A DNA stretch of 34,381 nucleotides. Origin: Macrostomum lignano (Eukaryota). The stretch covers positions 1-34,381 of the forward strand of contig NIVC01003230.1 of NCBI GenBank assembly GCA_002269645.1, given 5' to 3'. This document shows, one piece after another, positions 20,491 through 32,515 of this stretch; the stretch's first letter is position 1; each line of letters opens with the position of its first letter. The notes under the pieces were generated by a model that saw only the letters and a list, made by a program, of their open reading frames with translations, did no database searches and had not been told where the DNA came from. The translations under genes were made by a program, and so were the position numbers.

Positions 20491-20982
20491 TCCTAATTTA
20501 AATTTCGGGTAGATTCAGAAATCCAGCTTTGTCCTTCACCCTGTGTGAGCGTTGAAATGCTTGCTGAACAGAGCCTGCCCCCTGCCGCTAACCAAGCTGC
20601 CCAAGGAAATCTATTCATCTAAATTCAACCGAGACCAAACGGCATTACCTACTTAGCCTTGCGGCCGGAATTTTCTGGCTGCCGCATCGCATCGGTATGC
20701 AAATTTTTATCCCATTTAAGGTGTCAGCTTTTGACGAATCGAAAACCGCTCCTAAGACGATGAGCTGAATTTTCCTTCCCGCTCCCAGTGTGCCTCGATA
20801 CCAGATACTTAATCCCATAATTCGCCAGCTTTCAGTTGTTGATTGCATCGGCTGAAATTCCGGACAGCTGTCCGACTGTCCGCCTGTCCTTCCCCGTCAT
20901 ATCAAAGAGTTGAAAATCTGCTGGGTTGACGCAAAATGCCTGCTGCAACAGATCCTGCAGCTGTGTGCATTGACAGCTAGGA

Positions 20983-22487
20983 CTGTCTCTGCTCTGTCCC
21001 CTGCTGTCTGTCCTCTGTCCCCTGCTGTCTGTCCTCTATCCCCTGCTGTCTGTCCTCTGTCCCCTGCTGTCTGTCCTCTGTCCCCTGCTGTCTGTCCTCT
21101 GTCCCCTGCTGTCTGTCCTCTGTCCCCTGCTGTCTGTCCTCTGTCCCCTGCTGTCTGTCCTCTGTCCCCTGCTGTCTGTCCTCTGTCCCCTGCTGTCTGT
21201 CCTCTGTCCCCTGCTGTCTGTGTCTTCTGCTGTCTCTGTCCCCTGCTGTCTCTGTCCCCTGCTGTCTCTGTCCCTGCTGTCTGCCCTCTGTCCCCTGCTG
21301 TCTCTCCTCTGTCCCCTGCTGTCTCTCTTCTGTCCCCTGCTGTCTGTCCTCTGTCCCCTGCTGTCTGTACTCTGTCCCCTGCTGTCTGTCCTCTGTCCCC
21401 TGCTGTCTGTCCTCTGTCCCCTGCTGTCTGTCCTCTGTCCCCTGCTGTCTGTCCTCTGTCCCCTGCTGTCTGTCCTCTGTCCCCTGCTGTCTGTCCTCTG
21501 TCCCCTGCTGTCTGTCCTCTGTCCCCTGCTGTCTGTGTCTTCTGCTGTCTCTGTCCCCTGCTGTCTCTGTCCCCTGCTGTCTCTGTCCCTGCTGTCTGCC
21601 CTCTGTCCCCTGCTGTCTCTCCTCTGTCCCCTGCTGTCTCTCTTCTGTCCCCTGCTGTCTGTCCTCTGTCCCCTGCTGTCTGTCCTCTGTCCCCTGCTGT
21701 CTCTCTTCTGTCCCCTGCTGTCTGTCCTCTGTCCCCTGCTGTCTGTCCTCTGTCCCCTGCTGTCTGTCCTCTGTCCCCTGCTGTCTGTCCTCTGTCCCCT
21801 GCTGTCTGTCCTCTGTCCCCTGCTGTCTGTCCTCTGTCCCCTGCTGTCTGTGTCTTCTGCTGTCTCTGTCCCCTGCTGTCTCTGTCCCCTGCTGTCTCTG
21901 TCCCTGCTGTCTGCCCTCTGTCCCCTGCTGTCTCTCCTCTGTCCCCTGCTGTCTCTCTTCTGTCCCCTGCTGTCTGTCCTCTGTCCCCTGCTGTCTCTGT
22001 CCCCTGCTGTCTCTGTCCCCTGCTGTCTCTGTCCCCTGCTGTCTCTGTCCCTGCTGTCTGCCCTCTGTCCCCTGCTGTCTCTCTTCTGTCCCCTGCTGTC
22101 TCTCCTCTGTCCCCTGCTGTCTCTGCCCCTGCTGTCTCTGCCCCTGCTGTCTCTGCCCTGCTGTCTGTCCTCTGTCCCCTGCTGTCTCTCCTCTGTCCCT
22201 GCTGTCTGTCCTCTGTCCCCTGCTGTCTCTGCCCCTGCTGTCTCTCCTCTGTCCCCTGCTGTCTCTCTTCTGTCCCCTGCTGTCTCTGTCCCCTGCTGTC
22301 TCTGTCCCCTGCTGTCTCTCCTCTGTCCCCTGCTGTCTCTGTCCCCTGCTGTCTCTGTCCCCTGCTGTCTCTGTCCCCTGCTGTCTCTGTCCCCTGCTGT
22401 CTCTGTCCCCTGATGTCTCTCCTCTGTCCCTGCTGTCTCTGCCCCTGCTGTCTCTGCCCCTGCTGTCTCGCCTCTGTCCCCTGCTGT
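20983..22487. repeat. 21-bp pyrimidine-rich minisatellite with a 315-bp higher-order repeat
   Basis: Unit CTGTCCCCTGCTGTCTGTCCT; the variant marker TGTCTTCTGC occurs at 21221, 21536 and 21851. Confidence 0.97.
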
Positions 22488-23184
22488 TTTAAGCAAAGCG
22501 GAATCCATTTAATCGAATTGTAACTCCATTACACAATGTATTTTATCAACAAAACTAAATACCGTCTGTAACACAGTCTGTAACACGGTAAGAGATAAAC
22601 CGCAAAGAGGAACGAAATCTGACAAAGATATTTGCGAGAAAATAATTAGAAAAAATAATCGAAAATGATTAGTCAGGTTCAGCGGCAACAGAGAATGGCG
22701 GCCCAACAGAGGATACAGTGCTGTGAACTACTAGCGCTATTCACTCTCACTCCGACACAGTCACTCACAGCTCTCTAGATTGCCAACTCGCCCACTTTGC
22801 CACATGAATAAATAATTTATTGTCAATCAACCTCTAAGCTCTCACCTCTCCTATATCCAGCTTCCCCATGCGCCTTCCACTCCGCCAGCACTTCATTTTG
22901 CTTCAGAGAGAAAAAATGAGTTAGAGAAGGGGAGAGAAGTTCAGCTTGACTGACTTTGACGCAGAGAGGGAGTGAACTGCTGAAAAAATCTGCCAGAATT
23001 CCGTCCACGCGAGGGTTATAAAGCCTCTCCACTTACTGCTGCTCAGAGTGAGCTCAGGGCGCGCGGGATTCCGCAGGCTCTGCTGGGTGAGCACAGGCAA
23101 CTCCGCCCACAGCCCTCCCCCTCCCGCTATTGTAGACCCGCTTTCAAACCCGGAGGGCTGAGCTGTCATTCAAATAATAGCCAC

Positions 23185-23779
23185 CCGCCACCAGGGAGGT
23201 GAGAGGCAGGTGAGCAGAGTCGCCACCAGGGAGGTGAGAGGCAGGTGAGCAGAGCCGCCACCAGGGAGGTGAGAGGCAGGTGGGCAGAGCCGCCACCAGG
23301 GAGGTGAGAGGCAGGTGAGCAGAGAGGGCAGAGCCGCCACCAGGGAGGTGAGAGGCAGGTGAGCAGAGAGAGGGCAGAGCCGCCACCAGGGAGGTGAGAG
23401 GCAGGTGAGCAGAGAGGGCAGAGCCGCCACCAGGGAGGTGAGAGGCAGGTGAGCAGAGAGGGCAGAGCCGCCACCAGGGAGGTGAGAGGCAGGTGAGCAG
23501 AGAGAGGGCAGAGCCGCCACCAGGGAGGTGAGAGGCAGGTGAGCAGAGAGAGGGCAGAGCCGCCACCAGGGAGGTGAGAGGCAGGTGAGCAGAGAGAGGG
23601 CAGAGCCGCCACCAGGGAGGTGAGAGGCAGGTGAGCAGAGAGAGGGCAGAGCCGCCACCAGGGAGGTGAGAGGCAGGTGAGCAGAGAGAGGGCAGAGCCG
23701 CCACCAGGGAGGTGAGAGGCAGGTGAGCAGAGAGAGGGCAGAGCCGCCACCAGGGAGGTGAGAGGCAGGTGAGCAGAGG
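23185..23779. repeat. 36-46-bp G-rich minisatellite
   Basis: Unit CAGAGCCGCCACCAGGGAGGTGAGAGGCAGGTGAG(CAGAGAGAGGG). Confidence 0.96.
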
Positions 23780-24227
23780 CCAGAGCCCATTGACCTTCAT
23801 AGCAAACGGGCCACTTACATGTAGTTTCTTTAGTCAAAACCGGCTTCATTGCAACTAGCCAGCCTAAAAAAGAATTAGAAATCATTTTTAATATACATAT
23901 TGCAAATTTCAATACTCAGTACTAACCTCTGTTAGTAGTAGCTAATTCAAAGCATCAATTAGCCACACACTGAATAATATCCGCGAGTTAGATAGAGACA
24001 GGAAGTGAATTGGGGAGAAAAGGTAGGACAGTGAGTGGGATAAATTACTAATGACGAGAAAATTAACAGAGTCGTAGCGGAAGTAACTGTGAACGGATTA
24101 AAATGGGATCCCGTTCGGTTGTGAGGGTGAAACAAAATACCCCTATAGAAGATGGACCAGCACAAGTGTAAATATAGAGTGATCAAGGGAGTTGCGACAT
24201 GACTGGCAGGTAAATAACGGGGGTAGG

Positions 24228-24908
24228 TAGAGAGGGGGGAGGAAAAGAGAGACAGGGGACAGATGGAACCGGAGGAGGGAAAGGGGGAGAGGAATATAGG
24301 GAAGAGGGATATAGGGGAGAGGGATATAGGGGAGAGGGAGAGAGAGAGGAGTGGAAGAGAGAGGGAGAGAGGGAGATAGACGGAGAGAGGAGAGTGGGAG
24401 AGAGAGGGAGAGTGGGAGAGAGAGGGAGAGTGGGAGAGAGAGGGAGAGAGGGAGAGAGAGGAGTGGGAGAGAGAGGGAGAGAAGGAGAGAAGGAGAGAGG
24501 GGAGTAGGAGAGAGAGGGAGAGAGGGAGAGAGGAGAGTGGGAGAGAGAGGGAGAATGGTAGAGAGAGGGACAGTGGGATAGAGAGGGAGAGAGAGGAGTG
24601 GGAGAGAGAGGGAGAGAAGGAGAGAAGGAGAGAGGGAGTAGGAGAGAGAGGGAGAGAGGGAGAGAGGAGAGTGGGAGAGAGAGGGAGAATGGTAGAGAGA
24701 GGGACAGTGGGATAGAGAGGGAGAGAGAGAGGGGGGAGAGGGAGAGAGGGAGAGAGGAGAGTGGGCGAGAGAGGGAGAGTGGGAGAGAGAGGGAGAGAGA
24801 GGGGGGAGAGGGAGAGAGGGAGAGAGAGGAGTGGGAGAGAGAGGGAGAGAAGGAGAGAAGGAGAGAGGGGAGTAGGAGAGAGAGGGAGAGAAGGAGAGAA
24901 GGAGAGAG
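24228..24908. repeat. GA-rich polypurine low-complexity tract
   Basis: Almost only G and A (GAGAGAGGGAGA...), with an internal duplication of about 135 bp. Confidence 0.95.
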
Positions 24909-25861
24909 GGGATTACACATGCAGGAAAGCGAGTAGGAGCGTGGGAAGGAGAGAATAGATGAGCAAAAGGATAGGTGCAGGATGGCGCCGGAGTGGCAGA
25001 GGCCAGCAGTCTGCATGCAAACTTATTTAAATAATCCTTTCTATTCTCAAGTAGTGTTTGAAAACGCTGCTATTTCAACAATTTTTCAAGAAATCTGCAG
25101 TAGAGCAGTGAGTTCAGAGAATATCGCCAGTTAGGGCCTCTCCAAGCAGGCATTGAAAAATCAATGAATGAATGATGCGAGCAGCCTGTGTGAAGGGTCC
25201 TACCTATAGTATTAGAACTCATGGCTCAGGCACTCCGAATACCTGAAGGTTACAGAGGCAATGTGCTATACCGTCTTCTTCTTTTTTTCTGGAGCAGCGA
25301 AGTGTCTCCGCCGGGCCCCTATCGGTCTGTTGGCCACTCCAGATCCCAGCCTGGAAAAAAAAGTCATTTTTCTTTCCCTTCGCATGATTGCCGCCGCTCT
25401 TGAAGAAGAGGCTTGGAGTGGGAAGTGAAGGAAATTGAGTCGGAGGGGAGCTTCTGTCAGGATTTAACAAATGGTCGGGCCAGAGGAGGCTGGCCGGGAG
25501 CGATGAAGCGAGCTAGAGTAAAGCATAACCTCGTTGGTGTGCGAGGATCGCGGGGATGAGGTGCACAACGAACTTTATGAGAGACGATGAACATTTTTCT
25601 GCAAGCAGAAAATTTTAGCTCAGAAAGACTTTCATGGAGGAGCTTAAATCTCTGATCTGAAGCAAGCCACAGGGAAAAATAATTATCTTTCTTGCTTTCA
25701 CGTCAACTCCTGTTACTGCTTTGCAACCTTTTTTACCTGTCTGCCTCGGCATATCACCGCTGCCTCGTGCTCTACTGCCGACTCTAATCCCCTCTAATCC
25801 GCTCTAATCCACTGTGGGTCTTCCGTGATGTCTGCCTCTTGGATTGACTCATAATCTCGAC

Positions 25862-26228
25862 CACTCTCCCTCTCTTACATTCTTCAGCTCTCCCTCTCTC
25901 CCTCACTCTCTCACCCTCTCCCTCTCACCCTCTCTCCTCTCTCTCCTCACTCTCTCACCCTCTCTCCCTCTCACTTTCTCTCCCTCTCACCCTGTATCCC
26001 TCTCACCCTGTATCCTCTCACCCTGTATCCCTCTCACCCTGTATCCCTCACCCTGTATCCCTCTCACCCTGTATCCCTCTCACCCTGTATCCCTCTCACC
26101 CTGTATCCCTCTCACCCTGTATCCCTCTCACCCTGTATCCCTCTCACCCTGTATCCCTCTCACCTTGTATGCCTCTCACCCTTCTTCTACTCTCCCTCTC
26201 CCTCTCCCCTCTCTCCCTCTCTCGCCTT
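25862..26228. repeat. CT-rich tract with a 16-bp repeat (CCCTCTCACCCTGTAT)n
   Basis: Direct reading of the sequence. Confidence 0.93.
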
Positions 26229-26851
26229 TCTCAAAGTCTGCCCAGTAGTCTGAGTAGTCTTACTCACCCAAAAATATCTCAATATTTATAAAACCGGATC
26301 GGCCAGACTCAGAGTTCATCCCCACCGGAGCGGATCTTTTTCAGCTTCCCAGCTTCAACTCAATCGCTATTCAGCTGGTGCAGTGGTGCTCAGCCACCGA
26401 TTCCCGCCCTTCCCCATCTGTCACTTCTCAAGAGTGCTACAAGCCGGCACAAAAAAAGCGAGATCACCAAAGCCAAGACCGGCGACGAGAGCTGAACTCA
26501 AGCACGGCTGAGCAGGGCAAGAAGGCATCGCTACTGGTATTTGAGTATGAGAAACTGAAAACCTGCGCCGCTCAGAGACCAGTGCCGCCCTGTACAGGGC
26601 CTCTCCCATACTCCCTGCTCTGCCCATGTTAGATTTTAGTAACTGGAGACATTTCCAAGCGGAATTTTCCTATTCAAAAAATTGCAAACATCCTCCCTGC
26701 CAAACTCACTCACTCGCTCCCTCTCTCTCTCTCTCTCTCTCAATCTTCTGCCTGTCTTCAAGGCAGCTCAGGTGCGCGCGAGCAAGGCGATAGAATACCT
26801 AGAATGGGAGAGAAAGAGGTGAGAGGCGGAGGCCGTTGGGACAGCCGGGAT

Positions 26852-28063
26852 TCAGCAGCCGCTGAGATGGGGAAGCTGAGGGAAGGGGACGGCTTGACTG
26901 AACAGGGAGTTCAGGCTGTCAGCTGGGGGAATTTCGCCTGCGGCGTCCGACCGGCCGACACCGAGGGGCTCCAGTTGGCGGCGCTGCTGCTGTAGCTGGA
27001 GACGCTGACGCTGCGATCGTACACTTGCTGCGGCTGCTGCTGCTGCTGATGATGATGATGAAGCTGTTGGAGATGCTGTGGCGTCTGGCCGAGCCGGCCT
27101 ATCAGAGGCGAACCGGCGGCGCTTTTGCTGGCTGAGCCGCTTCTGTAGGCAGACGGCGAGGATGCCTGCCGCTGGTACAGCAGGGCCGCCGTGCTGATGC
27201 TGCTGATGCGCCAGCAGCGGCTGCCTGGCTGGCGATCCCTGGCCAATGGAGTCCATGCCAGCCATGGAGCTCATGGCCGTCAGCGGGATGCACTCCGGCG
27301 GCAGCTTCAACCCGTCCGCGCCGACAAAGCCGCCGCTCTTGATCAAACTGCCGGCGTTGAGATCGTTGTCGTTGTCGGCGTCGCGATCCTCTTCATCGTC
27401 GTCTTCGAAGTGCTCGGCCCTCGCGCTGACGCCGCGGCGGCCGATGACTGTTGAGCGCCCGAGACCCGAGCTGCAGCAGCCGCCGCCACCGCCGCCGCCA
27501 CCGCCGCCGCCTCCGCCCGTGGCTTCAAAGTAAACGTAGCGCTTGAAGGCGAAGACGGACTGGAAGGAGCTCGCCAGGATCTGCGCCGAGTGCGCTGTCA
27601 CGGCCACGATGTGGAGGAAAATTCGACGGTCGATGCCGCGGCACCGGCTGACCAGGTACCAGTCCTGCTGGAAGTCGGCGCTGCCCGCCACGTAGCGGCG
27701 CAGGTCGGACTCGACCAGAACGCCGACAATGCTCATGCCGATGGCCATGAGGCCCAGCATGGCAGCTAGCAGGCTCAGCACCATGCTGCTGATTGAGGCG
27801 CGCGCGCCGCCGCTGCCGCGTGAGGTGCCGAGCGCCAGCAGGCCGTTGGCGGCGTAGAAGGCGCCGGTCCAGGTGCCAACGGCCAGGAAGCCGGCGAAGC
27901 ACTGGTCGAAGTGGCATGCGATCGAGGCGACAAACGCGGCCGCGCCTGTGCCGATCTGGGCCAGCGCGGTGGCCTGCACCCGCTTGGCGAAGGGCGAGCC
28001 GCCGCCACTACCGCCGCCGCCGCCTTCGCTGTCGCCGCCGTCTCGAGCACAACGCCGGCACAT
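26852..28063 (-). CDS. Host MS4A/CD20-like four-transmembrane protein with a long low-complexity C-terminal tail
   Basis: Four hydrophobic segments, including the GTWTGAFYAANGLLAL (G-W-G-F) and SMVLSLLAAMLG patterns typical of CD20/MS4A-like proteins. Poly-G/A/Q tail and GC3-rich codons. The ATG at 28063 lies 13 nt after an acceptor (CATACAG|). Confidence 0.7.
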   Translation of the reverse strand: MCRRCARDGGDSEGGGGGSGGGSPFAKRVQATALAQIGTGAAAFVASIACHFDQCFAGFLAVGTWTGAFYAANGLLALGTSRGSGGARASISSMVLSLLAAMLGLMAIGMSIVGVLVESDLRRYVAGSADFQQDWYLVSRCRGIDRRIFLHIVAVTAHSAQILASSFQSVFAFKRYVYFEATGGGGGGGGGGGGGCCSSGLGRSTVIGRRGVSARAEHFEDDDEEDRDADNDNDLNAGSLIKSGGFVGADGLKLPPECIPLTAMSSMAGMDSIGQGSPARQPLLAHQQHQHGGPAVPAAGILAVCLQKRLSQQKRRRFASDRPARPDATASPTASSSSSAAAAAAASVRSQRQRLQLQQQRRQLEPLGVGRSDAAGEIPPADSLNSLFSQAVPFPQLPHLSGC

Positions 28064-28379
28064 GATTTCAATTATTCTGTATGGTAAAGTGAAGCGCCTC
28101 GGCTGCAAGGTAGCCAGGGCAGCCGCTGTAGAATTGAGGAGACTGGGAGGGCAGGGGTGCCTATCTTATGAGCAGAAGCGCTGAAAGCTCTGCTATTGGC
28201 CGGGACCGCCGGGCTGAGGACTGGATGGCGTGACAGGGTGAGTGGATACGCCCTCGCCTTCGCTTCTGACTCCTTGACCGTGGGATAGATTAGCAACCCA
28301 TGTACTAGATTATGAATTCAGTCTAGTATTTTCATGATATTTTATTAGATTAGCGATCCTTTCCACTGCTACATCAATG

Positions 28380-29215
28380 GTGACTAGATTAGCAATCCAT
28401 TCTAATCCTTCATCACTCGTGTTGGCTAGATTAGCAAGCCATTCTAATCCTTTATTACTCATGTTGGCTAGATTAGCAATCCATTCTAATCCTTGATCAC
28501 TCGTGCTCGTGCTCACTAGATTAGCAATCCATTCTAATCCTTCATCACTCATGCTCACTAGATTAGCAATCCATTTTAATCCTTGATCACTCGTGTTGGC
28601 TAGATTAGCGAACCGTTCTAATCCTTATCCACATGTGTTGGTTAGATTAGCAATCCATTCTAATCCTTCATCACTCATGTTCACTAGATTAGCAATCCAT
28701 TCTAATCCTTCATCACTCGTGTTCACTAGATTAGCAATCCATTCTAATCCTTCATCACTCGTGTTGTCTAGATTAGCGAACCGTTCTAATCCTTATCCAC
28801 ATGTGTTGGCTAGATTAGCAATCCATTCTAATCCTTCATCACCCATGTTGGCTAGATTAGCAATCATTCCAATCCTGTATCACTCGTGTTGGCTAGATTA
28901 GCAATCCATTCTAATCCTTCATCGCTCATGCTCACTAGATTAGCAATCCATTCGAATCCTTTATCACTCATGTTGGCTAGATTAGCAATCCTTTCTAATC
29001 CTTTATCACTCATGTTGGCTAGATTAGCGAACCATTCTAATCCTTTATTACTCATGTTGGCTAGATTAGCGAACCATTCTAATCCTTTATTACTCATGTT
29101 GGCTAGATTAGCGAACCATTCTAATCCTTTATTACTCATGTTGGCTAGATTAGCAAGCCATTCTAATCCTTCATCACTCGTGTTGGCTAGATTAGCAATC
29201 CATTCTAATCCTTCA
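28380..29215. repeat. About 42-bp minisatellite sharing its core with the 14085-18766 array, in inverted orientation
   Basis: Unit GCTAGATTAGCAATCCATTCTAATCCTTCATCACTCGTGTTG; its reverse complement contains TGGATTGCTAATCTAGC(C)AAC. Confidence 0.95.
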
Positions 29216-29865
29216 TTCTCTCTATGATGCGCAACATGGCAGATCGGGTCAGCCGCAGTGCAATAATCATATTGTCGAATCATTGTGCAAAGCGGAGCCC
29301 GGGGCTAAAAAAGAAGACAGGATTTGCTGCTCGCAAATTGCTTGGGCGGGGCTTCTAGCCTCTTTGACTAGAGAGTCGCTTCTTCTTTTGTTACTTTAAC
29401 CAGCCCACCTGGCCTCATTCGGGGCCGCCTCCCGACCTACCCCGAAGCGGGATCATTAGCGAGCAGCATACCAAGCCTCCCCTCGCCATCATTCCGTTCC
29501 CCCCTTTGCTCTCCCATTTTCTCAATCATTTAATGCATCATTTTGCATGGAAACTCCTATTCTGCATTAGAAATAAAGAATCTGAGGAATAGCTCCTGTC
29601 GGATGCTCTATTCTATAACAGCTACTATAAGTAGTGGAACAAGAGCGAGCCTACACACCATTTACATCAAATAGCATTGCTTATCTTCCAGGTAACATTA
29701 AATATTTCCCTGTGTGCTGCTCTGGCCAAATTTAAGCAGTTTTTGTTTAAAAACTAATTATTCAAATACTAGTCAAATTCAATCTATCAATATGCGACAA
29801 GAAAACGCATCCAATTGGACACCCGGACACATCCAATACATGTGTATGACATACGGACACCTTCA

Positions 29866-30658
29866 ATAGATACACCAGACAGAAAACACCAGACAGGACA
29901 CCCGGAAACACCTGATAAAAAACACCTGATAAAGCACAAGAACACACCCGGACACACCTGATAGGACACTCGGACACACCAGACAACGAACCCGGACACA
30001 CCTGATAGGACACAAGGACACACCTGATAAAACACAAGGACACACCTGATAGGACACAAGGACACACTTGGTATGACACAAGGACACACCGACAACGAAC
30101 CCGGACACACCTGATAGGACACAAGGATACACTTGGTATGACACAAGGACACACCGGACAACGAACCCGGACACACCTGATAGAACACAAGGACACACCT
30201 GATAGAACACAAGGACACACCTGATAGGACACAAGGACACACTTTGTATGACACAAGGACACACCTGATAGGACACAAGGACACACCGGACAACAAACCC
30301 GGACACACCTGATAGGACACAAGGACACACCTGGTAGGACACAAGGACACACCTGGTAGGACACAAGGACACACCTGGTAGGACACAAGGACACACCTGG
30401 TAGGACACAAGGACACACCTGGTAGGACACAAGGACACACCTGGTAGGACACAAGGACACACCTGGTAGGACACAAGGACACACCTGGTAGGACACAAGG
30501 ACACACCAGACAGGACATTCGGACACACCTGATAGGACACTCGGACACACCAGACAGGACATTCGGACACACCTGATAGGACACTCGGACACACCAGACA
30601 GGACATTCGGACACACCTGATAGGACACAAGGACACACCTGATAGAACACAAGGACAC
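29866..30658. repeat. 22-bp minisatellite
   Basis: Unit GGACACACCTG(A/G)TAGGACACAA and variants. Confidence 0.95.
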
Positions 30659-31082
30659 TGTAAGCCAGGGAGCACCAGAAAAAGAAACTACAGAACAATT
30701 CCCGCACTGATTGGCCTTGTATCCCTCCAGCTTGATACTCCAATTTCATGCGCAGTCAGGCCCGAGCTGAAGCCCCAACTGCGGCTCAGGCACAGCTGAA
30801 CTGATCAAGTGGAGTCCAGTGTTTGCCCATCGCCAAGAGAATCAGAGACAGAGAGGGGGAGAAACTGAGAAAGACAGAGTTTTAGATAGAGAGAAGATCA
30901 GTAAAGTCTCTCGATTTCTCCCTAGTCCTTGAGTTTCTTTCCAGTCCAATTAGATTTACGCTGAGAGAGAGATTGAGATTGAGTAGAATTCAAGCCGATC
31001 GATTGAATAGACAGTTGCCTTAAGTTATGGAGTTCCAAAAATACTATACTAACGTCTCACTAACAATACTTGTACTTACATA

Positions 31083-31544
31083 AGTATTGCTTTTGTCAGC
31101 CTAACTGAGAATAAAGCCATCCAATGTGAGAATCCTGCCTACGCTGACTGCGAAGGGCCTGGCTGCATGCAGCCTTAGTCTATGGGCCATAGACAATAAA
31201 GGACAAGCAAAGTGATAAAAAGCCATCCAATGTGAGAATCGATTGGTCCATGCGTCGTATTCTTTTATTTTTATACCTTCTGAGCTTCTGAGCCATATGA
31301 CTAGCCAATCCTAGCTTATCCTTTATAGTCTATGGCTCATAGACTAGGCTGGACGCAGCTAGGCCCTTCGTATTCAGCGTAGGCAGGATTCTCACATTGG
31401 ATGGCTTTTTATCACTTTGCTTATCCTTTATAGTCTATGGCCCATAGACTAAGGCTGCACGCAGCCAGGCCCTTCGCAGTCAGCGTAGGCAGGATTCTCA
31501 CTTTGGATGGCTTTATTCTCAGTTAGGCTGACAAAACCAATACT
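31083..31544. mobile_element. Foldback/MITE-like palindromic element with 158-bp inverted arms
   Basis: 31083-31240 is a near-perfect reverse complement of 31387-31544. There is an internal direct duplication of about 105 bp and several nested hairpins. No ORF and no clear TSD. Confidence 0.7.
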
Positions 31545-32515
31545 GCTTTTGTTCTCCATTCTCTAGAGCAGCAGTCACTACACTCGGCCATAGACAAAAA
31601 TAGTGTGGGCCAGCTTCAAGGAGTTCTATAGTTAGCATCTGGAGTGGAAACGAGGTCAGGTCAAGGCTCTGCTCTCTGGTTAAAAGACAATCAAGTTTTC
31701 TGGCTACATTTCTACATGATTTCTACCCTGGGAGAGGCTAAAAACTGAAAAAATACAATTTCCAATGAATCTGCACTGACCTTCGGGTTGTCTCTATGCT
31801 TCAGCCTTGCTGTTAGAATTGGGAGCCAGGGCAGGGAGCGCATTTCCGTCTGAACAAATCAATTAAATACGCAGCAGCTCAAATAGACATGAAAATGCAC
31901 TTTAGGCTCGAGTCTGGGAGATCGTTGGGCCATCCAGGGCTTAAGCGGTTTAACTATTCCTATATGATGGAATTTCTCAACCCATCGAAAATTCACATAT
32001 CATATCTGCATTTGATATTATGGAGAACTACCTATACATTTATTTGAGCCGATTTCTGTATATTTAAATGATGTAGCATCTTTAGCAGCAAAAGCAGCAG
32101 ACAGGCAATATGACAACTCTTGTTGACTCAAGTAGCGAATGTCCCACTTGCACTTGCAAGCCAGCTATCCTGAACTTCCATGGTATATATTTGACACGAC
32201 CTGGCCTAGAACCACCTCCAGCCTTCTGCTCCACTGATTTCTTGTACCTCCAGGTAGCACAGCGCACTAATTAAAACGGCATCCCGATCTTATCAGTTCA
32301 ATTTAACTAATTACCTTATGCCGAGCGGGTGAGAGAGTAGATGGACAAAAAACTGTAGACTATTTTTTCTCACTAAAGTTATGGGTATGGCAATGACCTT
32401 CTAGGATTGAAACCCGGCTGTAGGACCGTGGGCTTCCATAGTATAGCGATTCTCTATTGGCTGGTTTCAATATTAATGATTAGAATTTATCCTTGTACTT
32501 TGCCTTATCCTTTTA

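Noticed and set aside
20910-25016. Long ORFs (537, 490, 397, 248, 277 aa and others)
   Set aside because: Products of stop-free minisatellite or low-complexity DNA, open in several frames at once.
25219-26632. Short exon-like segments (25219-25470 minus, 26378-26632 plus)
   Set aside because: Some splice-like signals exist, but I could not build a phase-consistent gene model or recognise a product.
27102-28184. Several overlapping ORFs on both strands around the MS4A-like gene
   Set aside because: Shadows of GC-rich coding sequence with few stop codons.
28310-30749. Repeat-protein ORFs (EGLEWIANLAN; VSYQVCPCVL)
   Set aside because: They arise from 42-bp and 22-bp satellites. The 42-bp unit keeps frame, but I found no splice or start support, so coding is unsupported though not excluded.
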